Source: Actinomycetota bacterium (lineage in GTDB: Bacteria; Actinomycetota; Thermoleophilia; Gaiellales; Gaiellaceae). From it: a DNA stretch of 64,000 nucleotides. Location: contig PKYN01000018.1 in NCBI GenBank assembly GCA_003132665.1, forward strand, positions 41,022-105,021, read 5' to 3'. The notes below the pieces were generated by a model. That model did not search any database and was not told where the DNA came from. It saw nothing but the letters and a program-made list of their open reading frames with translations. Made by a program: the position numbers and the translations under genes. This document shows, piece by piece, positions 39,994 to 49,092 of the stretch; the stretch's first letter is position 1; each line of letters begins with the position of its first letter.

Positions 39994-40946
39994 CAGACAG
40001 CCGCCCTTTCCCTGGCACCGATTCGCTGCAGAAGCGGTTCGACGTCCTGGGAGTGCGCCTTGACGCCGCAGACCGTGTCGGGGTCGGCGCCGAGCGCGAG
40101 CGCCACCAGCTGCTGCGTGTGCAGGTGAACGAACGGGTACTCCTCGCCGGCGCTCTGCTCGATGATCGAGTGGTGGCGGTCGAACTGGAGGGCGCAGTTC
40201 GGGCACATGTGCACGCAGACGTCGATCTTCTCCTCGGCGAGCCGCCGCAGCTTCTGGCGCGTCACCGCAACCGAGATGGAGGGATTGACGAAGCGCTGAC
40301 GGAAGCCGGCGCCGCAATGCGTCGTCTTCTCGTTGTAGCTACCGGTCTTGATCACGCCGGTGGGCTCCAGTAGATCCTCGGGGATCATGAAGTTCTCGGC
40401 GTCGCCCACAACCTCGTCCGGAAAGACCTTGCAGTAGTGACAGGCGGGGTGAGTGGCGACCTTGATCCCGTCCAGGCGACGCTTGACCAGCTTGGGGATG
40501 GAGTGATGGCGGCTCCAGAGAATCTCGAGCGTGTGCATGTGCTTGATCTGACCGGCCACCGCATCGGTGTACTCGCGCCCGATCTTGGCCAGCGCCTTGT
40601 TCGTCTGCTTGCGGAACTCCGGCACCTCGAGCACGTTGCGCGACTTCTTGTTGATCGCGTAACAGGTCGAGCAGAGATAGCTCTGAATCGGATGTCCCGC
40701 CTCGACCGCGACGCAGGCGTTACGCGCCGCGACGCCGAGCGTGGTCGGAAAGGGGAGAAGATCGGAGTAGTAACCGAGCCCCGTACAGCAGGTCTGGTCG
40801 GGGTTGACGGTGTACTCGACGTCGAAGCGGTCGAACAGCCATTTCGACGCCGACTCGACGCCCGGATACTCGGTCGTGACCAAACAACTTCGAAAGAGTT
40901 GGACGCCGCCGGTTACGGGCGGGATGTCCGGAGTGCTGGGTGCCAT
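39993..40946 (-). CDS. HdrB-like protein (CCG cysteine-rich domains)
   Basis: LFRSCLVTTEYPG...DQTCCTGLG, with a second Cys-rich half (HPACHYCK...THCGAGF...CPNC). Confidence 0.75.
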   Translation of the reverse strand: MAPSTPDIPPVTGGVQLFRSCLVTTEYPGVESASKWLFDRFDVEYTVNPDQTCCTGLGYYSDLLPFPTTLGVAARNACVAVEAGHPIQSYLCSTCYAINKKSRNVLEVPEFRKQTNKALAKIGREYTDAVAGQIKHMHTLEILWSRHHSIPKLVKRRLDGIKVATHPACHYCKVFPDEVVGDAENFMIPEDLLEPTGVIKTGSYNEKTTHCGAGFRQRFVNPSISVAVTRQKLRRLAEEKIDVCVHMCPNCALQFDRHHSIIEQSAGEEYPFVHLHTQQLVALALGADPDTVCGVKAHSQDVEPLLQRIGARERAAV

Positions 40947-41079
40947 CGATTGCCTCTCTGCGCGCGGGTACCGAGGGGATTATCGATAGCGTTCGCTTGT
41001 AAGTCAAATAAGTACGGCTTATTCCGGCGGCTTTCATCGGCGGCCAGACGAGCGAGCTGTAGAACGCGGAGCGGCCGGC

Positions 41080-42243
41080 TTAGGGAATCCGTGTTCCGAG
41101 CGCCGCCGCCAAAGCCTCGCGAATCGGCTCGCGATCGATCCGGTCGAGCGCCTCGGCGAAGAAGCCGCGCACGATCAGGCGCTCCGCTTCGCTCGCGCTC
41201 ATGCCGCGGCTCATCAGGTAGAAGAGCTGATCGCGGTCGACCTGGCCGACCGTGGCGCCGTGGCTGCAGCGAACGTCGTTGGCTAGGATCTCCAGCCCGG
41301 GCACCGAGTTGGCGTGTGCCTGGCGCGAGAGCAGCAGGTTGCGATTCTCCTGGTAAGCGTCGGTGCCCTGCGCCTCGGGCTCGACCCGGATCATGCCGCG
41401 CCAGACCGCCGTCGCCTCGTCGCGCAGCGCACCGCGGAAGAGGAAGTCGGAGTTCGTGTGCGGCGCCGCGTGCTCCTGGTAGGTGTCGTAATCGAGGTGT
41501 TGCGAGCCGTCGGCGAAGTAAATGCCGGTGACGCGCGAAGTCGCTCCCGCCTCGGCGAGGTCGTTGAAGATCCGGGTCTTACCCTTGCGCGAGCCGAGCC
41601 CGATGCAGACCCAGTCGAGCTGCGAGTCGCGCCCCAGACGGGCGCGCTGATCGGAGAAGTGCCAGGTCTCGCGCGAGAGCCGCTGCGCCGTGACTAGTTC
41701 CAGCTTCGCACCGGCGCCGACCTCCACCTCGACTGCGCAGTTGGTGAAAGCGTCGAGATCTTCCGCCGCCGAGACGTGCTCCTCGATCAGCGTGAAGCGG
41801 CTGTTCTCCCCGGCGACTACGAGCAAGCGGGTGGGCAGCGCGGCGCCGGCGACGGTGCTCTCGATGCGCACGTGTAGCGGCGCGGCCAGCTCGACTCCCG
41901 CGGGCACCTCGACCAGCAGACCGTGGCGCCAGTGCGCCGCGTTGTCGGCGCCGATCTTGTCCTTCACCGCGACCAGTGTCCCGATGCGCTTGTCCTTCTG
42001 GCCGAGCGGCGCGAAGACGGCGCCGTCGGGCGCCGCGAGAATCTCGACACCGCTCTCGTCGATGCGGGCGCTCCCGGCGAGCTCCAACTCGAACAGCGGC
42101 GCGATCTCGGCCGGCCGGGCTACCGCGGCGAGCTCGTAGGCGCCGGGGTCGAAGCCGGTCAGATCAGTGAAGCGCCAGCCCTCGTCGGAGCTCGTCGGCA
42201 AGGGAAGCTCGCGGTAAGCCTTCTCTGCGCGGGCTCTACTCAT
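41080..42243 (-). CDS. sufD: Fe-S cluster assembly protein SufD
   Basis: 387 aa. N-terminal EGWRFTDL, with the C-terminal [37 protein letters not shown] block. Confidence 0.9.
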   Translation of the reverse strand: MSRARAEKAYRELPLPTSSDEGWRFTDLTGFDPGAYELAAVARPAEIAPLFELELAGSARIDESGVEILAAPDGAVFAPLGQKDKRIGTLVAVKDKIGADNAAHWRHGLLVEVPAGVELAAPLHVRIESTVAGAALPTRLLVVAGENSRFTLIEEHVSAAEDLDAFTNCAVEVEVGAGAKLELVTAQRLSRETWHFSDQRARLGRDSQLDWVCIGLGSRKGKTRIFNDLAEAGATSRVTGIYFADGSQHLDYDTYQEHAAPHTNSDFLFRGALRDEATAVWRGMIRVEPEAQGTDAYQENRNLLLSRQAHANSVPGLEILANDVRCSHGATVGQVDRDQLFYLMSRGMSASEAERLIVRGFFAEALDRIDREPIREALAAALGTRIP

Positions 42244-42598
42244 ACGGCGCGTAGCGGCGGTGCAGCATCAGGTCGTTACCGTCGGGGTCGGTGAAGAAGG
42301 CCATCTTGCAGACGCCCGTGTCGAATGCCTCGCCGGCGAACTCGACACCCTTCGCCTCGAGCTCCGCACGAGCCTGCTCGACGTCGGCGACGCGAAGCGC
42401 GAGATGCCCGTTCTTTTGAGCCTGGAACGGAGCGCCGAACTTCTCCGGCTCCCAGATTGCGACGCAGGTATCGCCGGCCCAGAACTCGTACTTCCCGCGC
42501 TCGTCAGCGCGAAGACCGAGCACTTCGCCGTAGAAACGGCGCGAGCGCTCCGCGTCGCGCGAAGGAATGGCTACGAAGTCGACACGTTCGATCTCCAT
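42236..42598 (-). CDS. VOC/glyoxalase-family protein inserted between sufB and sufD
   Basis: MEIERVDFVAIPSRDAERSRRFYGEVLGL...FFTDPDGNDLML is the typical VOC fold pattern. Its stop overlaps the sufD start. Confidence 0.8.
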   Translation of the reverse strand: MEIERVDFVAIPSRDAERSRRFYGEVLGLRADERGKYEFWAGDTCVAIWEPEKFGAPFQAQKNGHLALRVADVEQARAELEAKGVEFAGEAFDTGVCKMAFFTDPDGNDLMLHRRYAPYE

Positions 42599-42600
42599 GG

Positions 42601-44010
42601 CTAGCCCACGCTCCCTTCCATCTGCAGCTGAATCAAGCGGTTCATCTCGACGGCGTACTCGAGCGGCAGCTCTTTGGTGATCGGCTCGACGAAGCCCGAG
42701 ACAATCATCGAAGAGGCCTCCGACTCGGTCAGGCCGCGGCTCATCAGGTAAAAGAGCTGCTCCTCGCCGATCTTGGAGACCGTCGCCTCGTGCTCGATGT
42801 TGGCGTCGGCCTCGTGTACGCGGATGGTCGGATAGGTGTCCGAGCGCGACTCCTCGTCGAGGATCAGCGCGTCGCATACGACCTTCGACTTCGCCCCGCG
42901 CGCGCCGCTGGCCACGTTGACCAGACCGCGGTAGCCGGCCCGTCCGCCGCCGCGCGAGATCGACTTGGCGGTAATCACGCTGGTGGTGTTCGGCGCCGCG
43001 TGCACGGCCTTGGCGCCTGTGTCCTGGTGCTGCCCCGGCCCGGCAAACGCGATCGAAAGCACCTCGCCGTGCGCTCCCTCGCCGGTCAGCCAGATGGCCG
43101 GATATTTCATCGTCAGCTTCGAGCCGAGGTTTCCGTCAACCCACTCGATGGTCGCGTTCTCCTGCGCCACGGCGCGCTTGGTGACCAGGTTGTAGACGTT
43201 GGTCGACCAGTTCTGGATCGTCGTATAGCGGCAGCGCCCGCCCGGCTTGACGATGATCTCCACCACCGCGGCATGCAGCGAGTCGGAGGAGTAGATCGGC
43301 GCCGTGCAGCCTTCCACGTAGTGCACGAAGGCGCCCTCGTCGACGACGATCAGGGTGCGCTCGAACTGGCCCATGTTCTCCGCGTTGATGCGGAAGTAGG
43401 CCTGCAGCGGCATCTCGACCTTGACGCCCGGCGGCACGTAGATGAAGGAGCCGCCCGACCAGACCGCGGTGTTCAGCGCCGAGAACTTGTTGTCGCGGAA
43501 GGGAACGATCTTGCCGAAGTGCTCGCGCACGATCTCCTCGTGATCGCGCAGCCCGACGTCCATGCCGAGGAAGACGACGCCCTGGCGCACCAGCTCTTCC
43601 TGCAGCTTGTGGTAGACGACCTCCGACTCGTACTGGGCGCCCACCCCGGCCAGGTACTTCTTCTCGGCCTCGGGGATGCCGAGCCGGTCCCAGGTGTTTT
43701 TGATGTCGGGCGGCAGCTCCTCCCACGAGGCGGCCTCGCTCTCGGTCGGCTTGACGTAGTAGAAGATCGAGTCGAAGTCGATCGTCGAAAGGTCGCCGCC
43801 CCAATCCGGAATTGGGCGCGTGAGGAAGTGCTCGTAGGCCTCGAGCCGGCGTTCGAGCATCCAGGCCGGCTCGCTCTTCTGGGCCGAGATCGTCTCCACG
43901 ACCTCGCGTGTGAGGCCGCGACCGGTGCTGAACTTCGGCTCGTCGGTGGTGTGGAAGCCGTACTTGTAGTCGCGCCCGATCTGCGAGACGTCTGACTCGG
44001 GCTCGCTCAC
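42601..44010 (-). CDS. sufB: Fe-S cluster assembly protein SufB
   Basis: 469 aa. YKYGFHT, the conserved middle region, and the C-terminal [35 protein letters not shown]. Confidence 0.95.
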   Translation of the reverse strand: MSEPESDVSQIGRDYKYGFHTTDEPKFSTGRGLTREVVETISAQKSEPAWMLERRLEAYEHFLTRPIPDWGGDLSTIDFDSIFYYVKPTESEAASWEELPPDIKNTWDRLGIPEAEKKYLAGVGAQYESEVVYHKLQEELVRQGVVFLGMDVGLRDHEEIVREHFGKIVPFRDNKFSALNTAVWSGGSFIYVPPGVKVEMPLQAYFRINAENMGQFERTLIVVDEGAFVHYVEGCTAPIYSSDSLHAAVVEIIVKPGGRCRYTTIQNWSTNVYNLVTKRAVAQENATIEWVDGNLGSKLTMKYPAIWLTGEGAHGEVLSIAFAGPGQHQDTGAKAVHAAPNTTSVITAKSISRGGGRAGYRGLVNVASGARGAKSKVVCDALILDEESRSDTYPTIRVHEADANIEHEATVSKIGEEQLFYLMSRGLTESEASSMIVSGFVEPITKELPLEYAVEMNRLIQLQMEGSVG

Positions 44011-44789
44011 TAGCTCGCTCCGCTCGGCGCCTCGGGCAGGTAGGCGTCGTAGCCTTCGGATTCCAGCTGTTCGGCCAGCTCGGGGCCGCCCTCGGCGACG
44101 AAGCGGCCGCCGGCGAAGACGTGAACGTAGTCGGGGCGGATGTAGTTGAGGATGCGCTGGTAGTGAGTGATGACCACCGCGCCCATCTCGGGCCCGACCA
44201 GGTCGCTGACGCCGCCGGCGATGGTCTTCAGGGCGTCGATGTCGAGCCCGGAGTCGGTCTCGTCGAGCACCGCGAGCCGGGGATGGAGCAGCGCCAGCTG
44301 GAGAATCTCGATCCGCTTTTTCTCTCCGCCCGAGAAGCCGTCGTTCAGATAGCGGCCGAGCAGTTCGCGTGGCACCTTCAGCCGCTCGGTCGCCGCCGCC
44401 AGCTGCTTGCGGAACTCGGGAATCGGAATCGGGTCGTCCTCGCCGCCGGCGCGCGCCTTGCGCAGCGCATTCATCGCCGAGCGCAAAAAGCTCGTCACGG
44501 TCACGCCCGGGATGGCGTAGGGATACTGAAACGCCAGGAAGAGGCCCTTCTGGGCGCGCTCGTCAGGCCCGAGCGCGAGCAGGCTGGTGCCGTCCAAGAG
44601 CACGTCGCCGGAACTGATCCGGTAGGCGGGATGCCCCATCAGCGCTTGCGCTAGCGTCGACTTGCCCGAACCGTTCGGGCCCATGATCGCGTGCACCTCG
44701 CCGCTTTCGACCTTGAGGTCGATGCCCTTGACGATCTCGCTGCCGTCGTTCAGCGCGATGCGAAGATCTTTTATCTCGAGTAGTGCCAT
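44010..44789 (-). CDS. sufC: Fe-S cluster assembly ATPase SufC
   Basis: LEIKDL..., Walker [10 protein letters not shown], signature FSGGEKKR, Walker [13 protein letters not shown]. Confidence 0.95.
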   Translation of the reverse strand: MALLEIKDLRIALNDGSEIVKGIDLKVESGEVHAIMGPNGSGKSTLAQALMGHPAYRISSGDVLLDGTSLLALGPDERAQKGLFLAFQYPYAIPGVTVTSFLRSAMNALRKARAGGEDDPIPIPEFRKQLAAATERLKVPRELLGRYLNDGFSGGEKKRIEILQLALLHPRLAVLDETDSGLDIDALKTIAGGVSDLVGPEMGAVVITHYQRILNYIRPDYVHVFAGGRFVAEGGPELAEQLESEGYDAYLPEAPSGAS

Positions 44790-45085
44790 TTCTTATAGCG
44801 CCTTCTGCTCAGGAAACTCGCTATTTAAGCCTGCGCCAGCCTTTTCACTCTAGCGGTCCAGCTTCGTCCTTCTGCCCAGGCTTCGCTGCCCTTCATCACC
44901 GAAGCCCCGACTCGGCCCGAAGAGAGAATCGCTCTCGCTTTCTCGGGGCGCCGCTGGCGGTGCGAGTCCGGAGAGCACAGTGTGGACACACGGGCTCGGA
45001 GAGGATCGTGCCGCCAGCGGCGCCAGGCGGCCCAGAAGGCCGGCCGCGCCCGGCCGTACGGGCCGCCGGCCGAGGAAGCGAGGGG

Positions 45086-46309
45086 TCAAGCGGCTAGGAA
45101 GAAGCTCTCGCGCTCCTGCATCACGGCGCAGAACGCGTCGACGACGAGCGGGTCGAACTGACTGCCGGCGTGTCGGCGTAGCTCTGTCCTGGCGTCGTCC
45201 ACGCTCATCGCCTTGCGATAGGGCCGCTTCGAGATCATCGCGTCGAAGGCGTCGCAGACGCCGATGATGCGCGCGCCCAGCGGGATGTCGGTGCCGCTCA
45301 GATGATCGGGATAGCCGCTTCCGTCGTAGCTTTCGTGCGTCCAGCGGATGATCCGCGCGACCTTGTGCAAGGCCGGGGCGGCGTGCAAGATGCGCTCGCC
45401 GATCATCGAGTGGCGCTCGACGAACTTCCGCTCCTCCCGATCGAGCGGGAAGCTCTTCTGCAGGATCGTGGTCGGCAGCGCCGTCTTGCCGACGTCGTGT
45501 AGCTCGGCCGCCATCCTGATCTGCTCCAGCTCCTCGAAGCCGACGCCGAGCTTGGCCGCCACGGCCTCCACGATCTCGGCCAGCCCGTGTAGGTGGTCGC
45601 CGCAGTCGGGGCCGCGCTTGGCGAGTGCTTCCATCAACACCTCGTTGGACTGAAGCGCTCCGGCCGACGGGCGCAGCGAGTACTTGAGTGCGTACATCCG
45701 CTCGTTCGCCACCCGCAGCGCATCCGAGGCCGTTTTCCCTTCGAAGGGAAGCAGCGCCGTTCCGTAGCAGGGCGCGACGGCGAATCCGTCCCCCTCTTCG
45801 ACCAGCGCCGCCGCGGCTCGGTCGGCGAGCTGACCGACGTCACCGTCGACCATGAGCAAGGCGGCGAATTCGTCGCCGTCGAGGCGGTATGCACTGCCTC
45901 GCGTCGCCGCAACACGCGAGAGCTTGCCTGCCAGGCGCTTGAGCAAGGCGTCGCCGGCCGGATAGCCGAAGGTGTCGTTGTACTCCTTGAAGCCGATCAG
46001 ATCGAGCAGAACGAGCAGGGTGGGACTGTCGGAAGTGGCGCTGCCGAGCGCTTGATTCAAGTCTGCGAGAAGCCGGCTGCGACCGGGCAAGCCCGTCATA
46101 TCCTCGCCCTCGAGCAGCCTTTGCGGAGAGTAGCGGCGAAGCAGCTCGGCCCCTGTCAGCGCGCAGCTCGCCGCGATCAGCGCCACGATCGTCTGCAACA
46201 GCTGGGTCGTGTTGTGGGAAGTCGACAACCCGTATCCGGTCGCGCCAAGCGAGAGCGCTGTGACTACGTAAAGCGCCAACAAGGTCGTACCAAACAGCCT
46301 TCGGCTCAT
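45086..46309 (-). CDS. Membrane-anchored GGDEF (degenerate GDEF) plus HD-GYP domain protein (c-di-GMP signalling)
   Basis: N-terminal TM helices. LLDLIGFKEYNDTFGYPAGDALL...RLDGDEFAALL. HD-GYP region: ELHDVGKTA...HESYDGSGYP. Confidence 0.85.
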   Translation of the reverse strand: MSRRLFGTTLLALYVVTALSLGATGYGLSTSHNTTQLLQTIVALIAASCALTGAELLRRYSPQRLLEGEDMTGLPGRSRLLADLNQALGSATSDSPTLLVLLDLIGFKEYNDTFGYPAGDALLKRLAGKLSRVAATRGSAYRLDGDEFAALLMVDGDVGQLADRAAAALVEEGDGFAVAPCYGTALLPFEGKTASDALRVANERMYALKYSLRPSAGALQSNEVLMEALAKRGPDCGDHLHGLAEIVEAVAAKLGVGFEELEQIRMAAELHDVGKTALPTTILQKSFPLDREERKFVERHSMIGERILHAAPALHKVARIIRWTHESYDGSGYPDHLSGTDIPLGARIIGVCDAFDAMISKRPYRKAMSVDDARTELRRHAGSQFDPLVVDAFCAVMQERESFFLAA

Positions 46310-46363
46310 ATTGCGAACATCGGCTGCCGCCTCGCGCGCATAAGGTGATTAGGCTTCCCCGTA

Positions 46364-47365
46364 ATGCGTGTACTCGTCACCGGCGGCGCCGGCTTCATCG
46401 GCTCCCACTTCGCCAAGCGCCTCGAGCGGGCCGGCGAAGACGTCGTCGTGCTCGACAAGCTCACCTATTCCGGCAACCCGGCCAACCTCGACGGGACAGG
46501 GATCGAGCTCGTCGTCGGCGACATCTGCGACTCACAGGCGGTGGAGCGAGCCACGGAGGGGTGCGAGGCGATCGTCAACTTCGCCGCCGATACGCATGTC
46601 GATCGCTCGATTCTCGGCGCCACCGACTTCGGGCGCACCGAGTTCGTCGGTACGCAGACGCTGCTCGAGCTGGTGCGTAAGACGGGGATGCGCTACGTCC
46701 AGGTCTCCACCGACGAGGTCTACGGCGACCTCGAGACGGGCGGCTCCTCGCGCGAGACCGATCCGCTCTGCCCTTCCAGCCCCTACAGCGTCGCCAAGGC
46801 GGCCGGCGATCTGCACATTCCCGCCTACGTCCGCACCTTCGGCGTTCAAGCCTGCATCACGCGCGGCTCGAACACCTACGGGCCGAACCAGTATCCCGAG
46901 AAGCTGATTCCGCTCTTCACCACCAACGCGCTCGACGCTGAGCCGCTTCCGCTTTACGGCGACGGCCGGCAAGTTCGCGACTGGCTCTACGTCGAGGACC
47001 ACTGCGCCGGCATCGAGGCGGTGCTTCGCCGCGGGCGGGCGGGCGAGATCTACAACATCGGCGGCGGCCACGAGGTCGAGAACATCGAGGTCGCCAAGGG
47101 AATCGTCGAGCTGACCGGCGCCGACCCTACGCTGCTTCAGCATGTCGAAGACCGGCCCGGCCACGATCGCCGTTACTCGCTCAGCTGCGAGAAGGCGAAG
47201 CAGGAGCTCGACTGGGAGCCGGTCGTCTCCTTCGCGGACGGACTGGCCCAGACCGTAGCCTGGTACCGCGAGAACCGTCCCTGGTGGGACTCGATCAAGT
47301 CGGGCGAGCACTACCGCGCCTACTACGAACGGCAGTACGCCGAGCGGCTCGAGAACGCCGAGTAG
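46364..47365 (+). CDS. rfbB: dTDP-glucose 4,6-dehydratase
   Basis: MRVLVTGGAGFIGSHF, YSGNPANL, the SPYSVAKAAGD (YxxxK) active site, and the C-terminal HDRRYSL. Confidence 0.9.
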   Translation: MRVLVTGGAGFIGSHFAKRLERAGEDVVVLDKLTYSGNPANLDGTGIELVVGDICDSQAVERATEGCEAIVNFAADTHVDRSILGATDFGRTEFVGTQTLLELVRKTGMRYVQVSTDEVYGDLETGGSSRETDPLCPSSPYSVAKAAGDLHIPAYVRTFGVQACITRGSNTYGPNQYPEKLIPLFTTNALDAEPLPLYGDGRQVRDWLYVEDHCAGIEAVLRRGRAGEIYNIGGGHEVENIEVAKGIVELTGADPTLLQHVEDRPGHDRRYSLSCEKAKQELDWEPVVSFADGLAQTVAWYRENRPWWDSIKSGEHYRAYYERQYAERLENAE

Positions 47366-47497
47366 GTCTCGGCGCCCGCGCGGCGAAGTCGTCTCGGAGC
47401 TACTCAAGACGTCTCGGGCGCGATCTCTCCTCGTGCGCCGAGCCGCGCATGCGGCCGCCGACTCGAAACGGTTTCGCTAGCCTCGAAGCTCGACCTG

Positions 47498-48901
47498 ATG
47501 ACTCATCGCGCTCAAGTTGCACTCGTCGCTGGTATCGCCGGACTTGTCCTCGCGCTGCTTCCTCTAAGCGCGGTCGCCGGTTCCGAGCGTGCTCGCGCCT
47601 CCTCGTCGCTGGTCTGGTCACCCGCGACACTGGTTTTCTCGGGACACGGCTGGGGACATGGAGTGGGGCTCAGCCAGTACGGCGCCTACGGCTACGCGAA
47701 CCACGGCTACACCTACGACCAGATGATCGCCCACTACTACCCGGGCACCGATCTGCAGCCCGGCGTCTCCAAGACAATCAGGGTCCTGCTCGCAGGCGGA
47801 GCCTCGAGCCTCACGATCTCCTCGGCGGCCCCCTTCTCGGTCACCGACTCTGCCGGATCGAAATCGCAGCTGCCGCAGCTGTCGCTCAAGCTGACCTCCT
47901 CGCTCGAGATCGACCTCGGCGACGGGAACGGCGCGGCGGCTCTCTCGGGACCGCTCACGTTCACGGCCACCAGCTCGCCGCTGGTCTACGCCGGGCGCAA
48001 GTACGGCGGTACCTTCCGCGTTTTCGTCGACGGAAACAAGCTGAGCCTCGTCAACAGCGTCGGTCTCGAGCGCTACGTGTACGGCGTCGTGCCCTGTGAG
48101 TCGCCGCACGACTGGCCGGCCGAGGCGCTCAAGGCGCAGGCCGTCGTCGCGCGTACCTACGCGCTCGCCTCCGCCAAGGCGGGCTCGAACTTCGACGTCT
48201 ACGCGGACACGCGCAGTCAGGTCTACTACGGCATCTCCGGCGAGTACCCGCAATCGACCGCGGCGGTCAAGGACACCGCCGGCGAGGTCGTCTACTACAA
48301 CGGCGTGGTGGCGCGGACGTTCTTCTTCTCGACCTCCGGCGGCCGAACTTCTTCGATCACCGATGCCTGGCCCAAGGCCCAGCCCGAGCCGTACCTGGTC
48401 TCGGTGAACGACCCCTACGACGACGCCTCGCCCTACCACAACTGGGGCCCGGTGACGTTCTCGCCGCAGAAGCTCGCCAAGGTCCTTCACGTCAGCGAGC
48501 CGATCTCCGACCTGACCACGAAGAGGAACGGTTCGATGCGGGTGGCGACGGTCACGATCACCGGCGCCGCCGCCCAGATCACGCAGACCAGCGGCGACAG
48601 CGTCAAGCTGGCGCTCGGGTTGCGCTCGAGCTGGTTCACGGCAACCGTGCTCGCGCTGCAGTATCCGCGCACGGCCGTCGCCGCCGGAAGCAAATTGAAG
48701 ATCGCGGGGCGGGCCAGGAACGCCAAGTCGCCGGCGCTCGAAATGCGCGCAACGGGCGGCGCCTGGCAGAAGCTGCGCGACGTCAATCCCGGCTCTTCCG
48801 GGCTGTTCAAGTTGACGCTCAGGCCGAGCGCAACGGCTTTCTACCGCCTCGTCGCCGAAGGCGCGGTCGGGGCGCCGGTGCGGATCAAGGTCTCCGGCTG
48901 A
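47498..48901 (+). CDS. SpoIID/LytB-domain protein (secreted)
   Basis: Signal peptide present. GHGWGHGVGLSQYGAYGYA, YVYGVVPCESP..WPAEALKAQAVVARTYAL, and FFSTSGGRT. Confidence 0.85.
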   Translation: MTHRAQVALVAGIAGLVLALLPLSAVAGSERARASSSLVWSPATLVFSGHGWGHGVGLSQYGAYGYANHGYTYDQMIAHYYPGTDLQPGVSKTIRVLLAGGASSLTISSAAPFSVTDSAGSKSQLPQLSLKLTSSLEIDLGDGNGAAALSGPLTFTATSSPLVYAGRKYGGTFRVFVDGNKLSLVNSVGLERYVYGVVPCESPHDWPAEALKAQAVVARTYALASAKAGSNFDVYADTRSQVYYGISGEYPQSTAAVKDTAGEVVYYNGVVARTFFFSTSGGRTSSITDAWPKAQPEPYLVSVNDPYDDASPYHNWGPVTFSPQKLAKVLHVSEPISDLTTKRNGSMRVATVTITGAAAQITQTSGDSVKLALGLRSSWFTATVLALQYPRTAVAAGSKLKIAGRARNAKSPALEMRATGGAWQKLRDVNPGSSGLFKLTLRPSATAFYRLVAEGAVGAPVRIKVSG

Positions 48902-49092
48902 GCGAAGCAGTCCACGGCCTCCCCGATCGGACGATGCGCCGCGGCGGCGGGCTAATTACGCTTTAGCGCATCAAGCGCCTCTGGATTATTCCGCTCCTGC
49001 TGCTCGCAGGTGCGACAGGGGGAGCGGGCGCTCGAACGACTGCTTCCCTGCCGCCGCTTCCGAAAGCGTGGCCGCACACGCTTCAGTTCGGG

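Noticed and set aside
39994-40317. N-terminal 108 codons of the 1226-aa ORF (36637-40317)
   Set aside because: This low-complexity extension overlaps the 3' end of the HdrB-like gene. The conserved HdrA N-terminus begins at MRCGVFLCECGG (39993).
42325-43995. 556-aa ORF on the plus strand
   Set aside because: It is antisense to sufB, which is highly conserved and clearly real. Its composition is Arg/Leu/Val-rich nonsense.
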